A stretch of DNA of 18,826 nucleotides from positions 1-18,826 of the forward strand of contig JBIKLL010000055.1 in the NCBI GenBank assembly GCA_044359815.1, read 5' to 3'. The notes under the pieces are model-generated. The model was not told where the DNA came from. It did not search any database and saw only the letters and a program-made list of their open reading frames with translations. Made by a program: the position numbers and the translations under genes. Numbering within the stretch: the stretch's first letter is position 1; each line of letters starts with the position of its first letter. Origin of the DNA: Pseudobdellovibrionaceae bacterium. Its GTDB lineage: Bacteria; Bdellovibrionota; Bdellovibrionia; Bdellovibrionales; Bdellovibrionaceae. This document shows positions 16,323-18,826 of this stretch, piece after piece.

Positions 16323-16973
16323 TTAATAAATCATTGCAATAAATTCTGCTTTTTGCGGATAACCTGAAATATCCAGCTGAGCACCCTTGCCTTCAAAAAT
16401 AATTTCAGTCCCAGTGGTTAAATCAATTCCTAACAAGCAATTTTTTTCGGGCATATGTTCTTTGATTTCAGATACAGTTTTTGCAAACCGGTAAGGTGTG
16501 TCCATAATTATTACGGGCACGCTGGATTTTTTGATTTGCATATAAGCAGGTCTGCGTTCTTCGGTTTTCTGAGGCAGAAATCCATAAAACAAAAACTGAT
16601 TCAGTCTGCGGCTGCTGAGCGACAACAATACCATCAGGCTAGAAGCTCCTGGGACTGCGGTGACTTTAATATTTAGACCACGACAACGTTTGATCAGTTC
16701 ACTGCCCGGATCACAAAACAACGGTGTCCCGCAATCAGAAATCAGCGCCACATTTTGGTTCTTGCAGATTTCAGTCAATTCATCAATTTGTTCTGGGGTT
16801 GAGTGTTCGTTTAATTCAAAATAATTTTTTTTACCCAGTTCGTGACTGCGAATCAGCGCCGAGCCAACTTTGCGTTCCTCGGTAATAATATTTTCGCAGT
16901 TTTTTAAAATTTCCAACGCCCGCAAACTGATATCTTTGGGATCGCCAATTGGGGTTGCTACTATGTACAGCAA
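16323..16973 (-). CDS. rsmI: 16S rRNA C1402 2'-O-methyltransferase RsmI-like (short form)
   Basis: TTG start; LYIVATPIGD.KDISLRAL, LISDCGTPLFCDPG, VPGASS, F.F.GFLP motifs; only 216 aa. Confidence 0.8.
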   Translation of the reverse strand: MLYIVATPIGDPKDISLRALEILKNCENIITEERKVGSALIRSHELGKKNYFELNEHSTPEQIDELTEICKNQNVALISDCGTPLFCDPGSELIKRCRGLNIKVTAVPGASSLMVLLSLSSRRLNQFLFYGFLPQKTEERRPAYMQIKKSSVPVIIMDTPYRFAKTVSEIKEHMPEKNCLLGIDLTTGTEIIFEGKGAQLDISGYPQKAEFIAMIY

Positions 16974-17699
16974 TTATTCCTCCAGTAAATAGTGAATGAT
17001 TTTTGGCAAATCACTGGGTGGATCAGCCTTCCCTGAATGAGTGCTTTCAAAAAAAACTACTTGGACATGTTGATGGCATTGTCTGACCAGATTGATGTTT
17101 GCAGGTTCGTTTTCGAAAAACCAAATTTTCTTTAAATGATCTGTGTTGATTTTTGAAAACCAATCAGACTTGAACTGGGCATCATCCATACCTTTTTTAG
17201 GTTTCAAGACCAGCTGGGCGTCTGTATCATTGATTGGGAATTTCCATTTTTGTAAAACTTCAACAGATCCCTGACCCATGCGTTCCACATCTCGACCGGT
17301 CAGATACACAATTTGAACTTTGTTTTTGTGTAGTGATTGTACAAAATCAACCGCCCCATCGTAAGGAATATCAAAATGCAAAAACTCATTGCAGAAAAAA
17401 TATTTCCTCCAATGTTTTTTCAAAGCTTCATGAAATTCCTCAGCGTGATCGCCCAGGCCGGCTCTGATCACAGCGTTTTTTAAACCCCAATCGGATTTTA
17501 AAAGCTGCATTTCCTTTAAGACCTTGATGCTGTCAGGAAACTGTTTTTCGTTGGCAGGATCATCAGCAAAACTGGCAATAACCTGTAAAATTCTGGGCAT
17601 CACATCAAATAATGTGCTGTCCAAATCAAAAACCGCTAAGCTTTGGTTTTTGAGTGATTTAGCAGTCTGCAATATTTCTTTCAGTAGCTGGCTTTGCAT
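16974..17699 (-). CDS. HAD-superfamily hydrolase/phosphatase
   Basis: Motif I VFDLDSTLFD, motif II YLTGR, K in AQFK, atypical motif IV FFENEPAN. Confidence 0.85.
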   Translation of the reverse strand: MQSQLLKEILQTAKSLKNQSLAVFDLDSTLFDVMPRILQVIASFADDPANEKQFPDSIKVLKEMQLLKSDWGLKNAVIRAGLGDHAEEFHEALKKHWRKYFFCNEFLHFDIPYDGAVDFVQSLHKNKVQIVYLTGRDVERMGQGSVEVLQKWKFPINDTDAQLVLKPKKGMDDAQFKSDWFSKINTDHLKKIWFFENEPANINLVRQCHQHVQVVFFESTHSGKADPPSDLPKIIHYLLEE

Positions 17700-17832
17700 T
17701 TAATTGTTCTACCAGGAAATTGATCGATTAAGCCCTTATGGCAATGTGCATTATTGGTAATTTAAGGGTGCTTGGAGGCCCGCCCTTTGTTAGATCTTTT
17801 TCGCCCTCACAACTCTGAAGGAGAATCACTCA

Positions 17833-18756
17833 ATGAATAAGCTACTTTTATCCTCATTAGCAATCTGTATTGGATTTGCACTCAACACTTTGCTCAGTGG
17901 ATGCACGGTTCAAAAAGGTGAACTGGGTTCTGCCAAAAATCCTATAAAACTTTATTTTGTTCCTTCAGTGGATGCCAAGGTCATCGAAACAAACTCTAAG
18001 GCCTTCAAAGATTGGCTCGAGGCCAACACTCCCTACAAATTTGAAGTTTCAATCCCTCAATCATTTATCGCAGTGGTTGAAGCCATCGGTTCAAACCGTG
18101 CTGATGTGGCTTCAATAAATACTTTTGGATACATTCTGGCTCACGAAAAATACGGTGCTCAGGCGCGATTGACAGTTATCCGCCATGGCTTAGCGACCTA
18201 TCAAGCTCAGATCATCGCCAAAGAGGGCGGGGGAATTAAAAATTTATCTGACATCAACGGTAAAAAAGTTGCTTTCGTAGATCCTGCCTCGACTTCTGGA
18301 TTTTTACTTCCTAAAAAGCTTTTTGCTGACAAAGGCGTTAAGCCATCGCAGGAGGTTTTTGCAATGAAACACGATTCAGTAGTCAGCATGGTGTACCAAG
18401 GACAAGCCGATGCGGGGGCAACATTTTACAGCCCCAGCAACGAAGGCGAAATTCAGGACGCCCGAAGATTAGTTAAAACCCAGTACCCTGATGTCGAAAA
18501 AAAGATCAAAATCATTGAGCTGACTGAGCCAATCCCTAACGATCCCATTATTTTCAGAAAAGATTTACCTGAAGAGATGAAAACAAAATTAATTGAAGCT
18601 TTTGAAAAATACGTTTCTACTCCAGAAGGTAAAGAAACTTTTAATAAGGTTTATGGTGTGACCGAGCTTAAGCGATCAACCGATGCAGACTATGACAATG
18701 TTCGAGTCATGTTGAAATCTTTGGGGAAATCAGCTGAAGAATTGGTGAAAAAATAA
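17833..18756 (+). CDS. phnD: Phosphate/phosphite/phosphonate ABC transporter substrate-binding lipoprotein
   Basis: GAAGGAG RBS; lipobox LSGC; AFVDPASTSGFLLP, HDSVV, IPNDP motifs of the PhnD/PtxB family. Confidence 0.88.
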   Translation: MNKLLLSSLAICIGFALNTLLSGCTVQKGELGSAKNPIKLYFVPSVDAKVIETNSKAFKDWLEANTPYKFEVSIPQSFIAVVEAIGSNRADVASINTFGYILAHEKYGAQARLTVIRHGLATYQAQIIAKEGGGIKNLSDINGKKVAFVDPASTSGFLLPKKLFADKGVKPSQEVFAMKHDSVVSMVYQGQADAGATFYSPSNEGEIQDARRLVKTQYPDVEKKIKIIELTEPIPNDPIIFRKDLPEEMKTKLIEAFEKYVSTPEGKETFNKVYGVTELKRSTDADYDNVRVMLKSLGKSAEELVKK

Positions 18757-18826
18757 GTGTCTCAATATCAATTGCAAATCAAAAATTTGGTGAAGACTTA
18801 TGCCAACGGGACTCGAGCGCTAAAAG
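18757..18826 (+). CDS. phnC: 5' fragment of phosphonate ABC transporter ATP-binding protein (runs off the window)
   Basis: GTG directly after the phnD stop, reading MSQYQLQIKNLVKTYANGTRALK, a typical ABC ATPase N-terminus; not in the ORF track. Confidence 0.75.
   Translation, partial: MSQYQLQIKNLVKTYANGTRALK

Noticed and set aside
2956..18389. Numerous 60-137 aa ORFs overlapping the main genes (e.g. 2956-3279, 5257-5556, 12450-12863, 14470-14766)
   Set aside because: Alternate-frame or antisense shadows of well-supported CDSs, with no motifs or RBS

Overview
AT-rich bacterial chromosomal segment. Gene content and protein style suggest a Bdellovibrionota-like predator (inference from protein families, not a search result). 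From about 1.9 kb onward it is mostly housekeeping and envelope genes: OM beta-barrel + AMIN-like protein, Cys-rich lipoprotein, M3 peptidase-nadK-recN, Ser/Thr kinase(PEGA) + long-chain acyl-CoA ligase, coaE, a TraF/FadL-like barrel + lipoprotein pair, HAD hydrolase-rsmI, and phnD followed by the start of phnC. Two regions stand out. (1) At 1-1766, an HNH endonuclease gene with a DUF222-like N-terminus is associated with four different microsatellites: (AAATGTTC)12+ upstream, (AAATAGA)6 against the RBS, an in-frame (GATARA)15 tract, and (AATAATCG)11.9 after the stop. A GC hairpin motif recurs just downstream of two of the tracts, and a sigma28-like promoter points into the last array. (2) At 8810-9266, a ~440-bp non-coding fold-back element between the convergent recN and acyl-CoA ligase genes is flanked by a 9-bp direct repeat. 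It folds into a long stem with two internal loops whose diagonally opposite strands are complementary. All calls were made by eye; no database searches were run.
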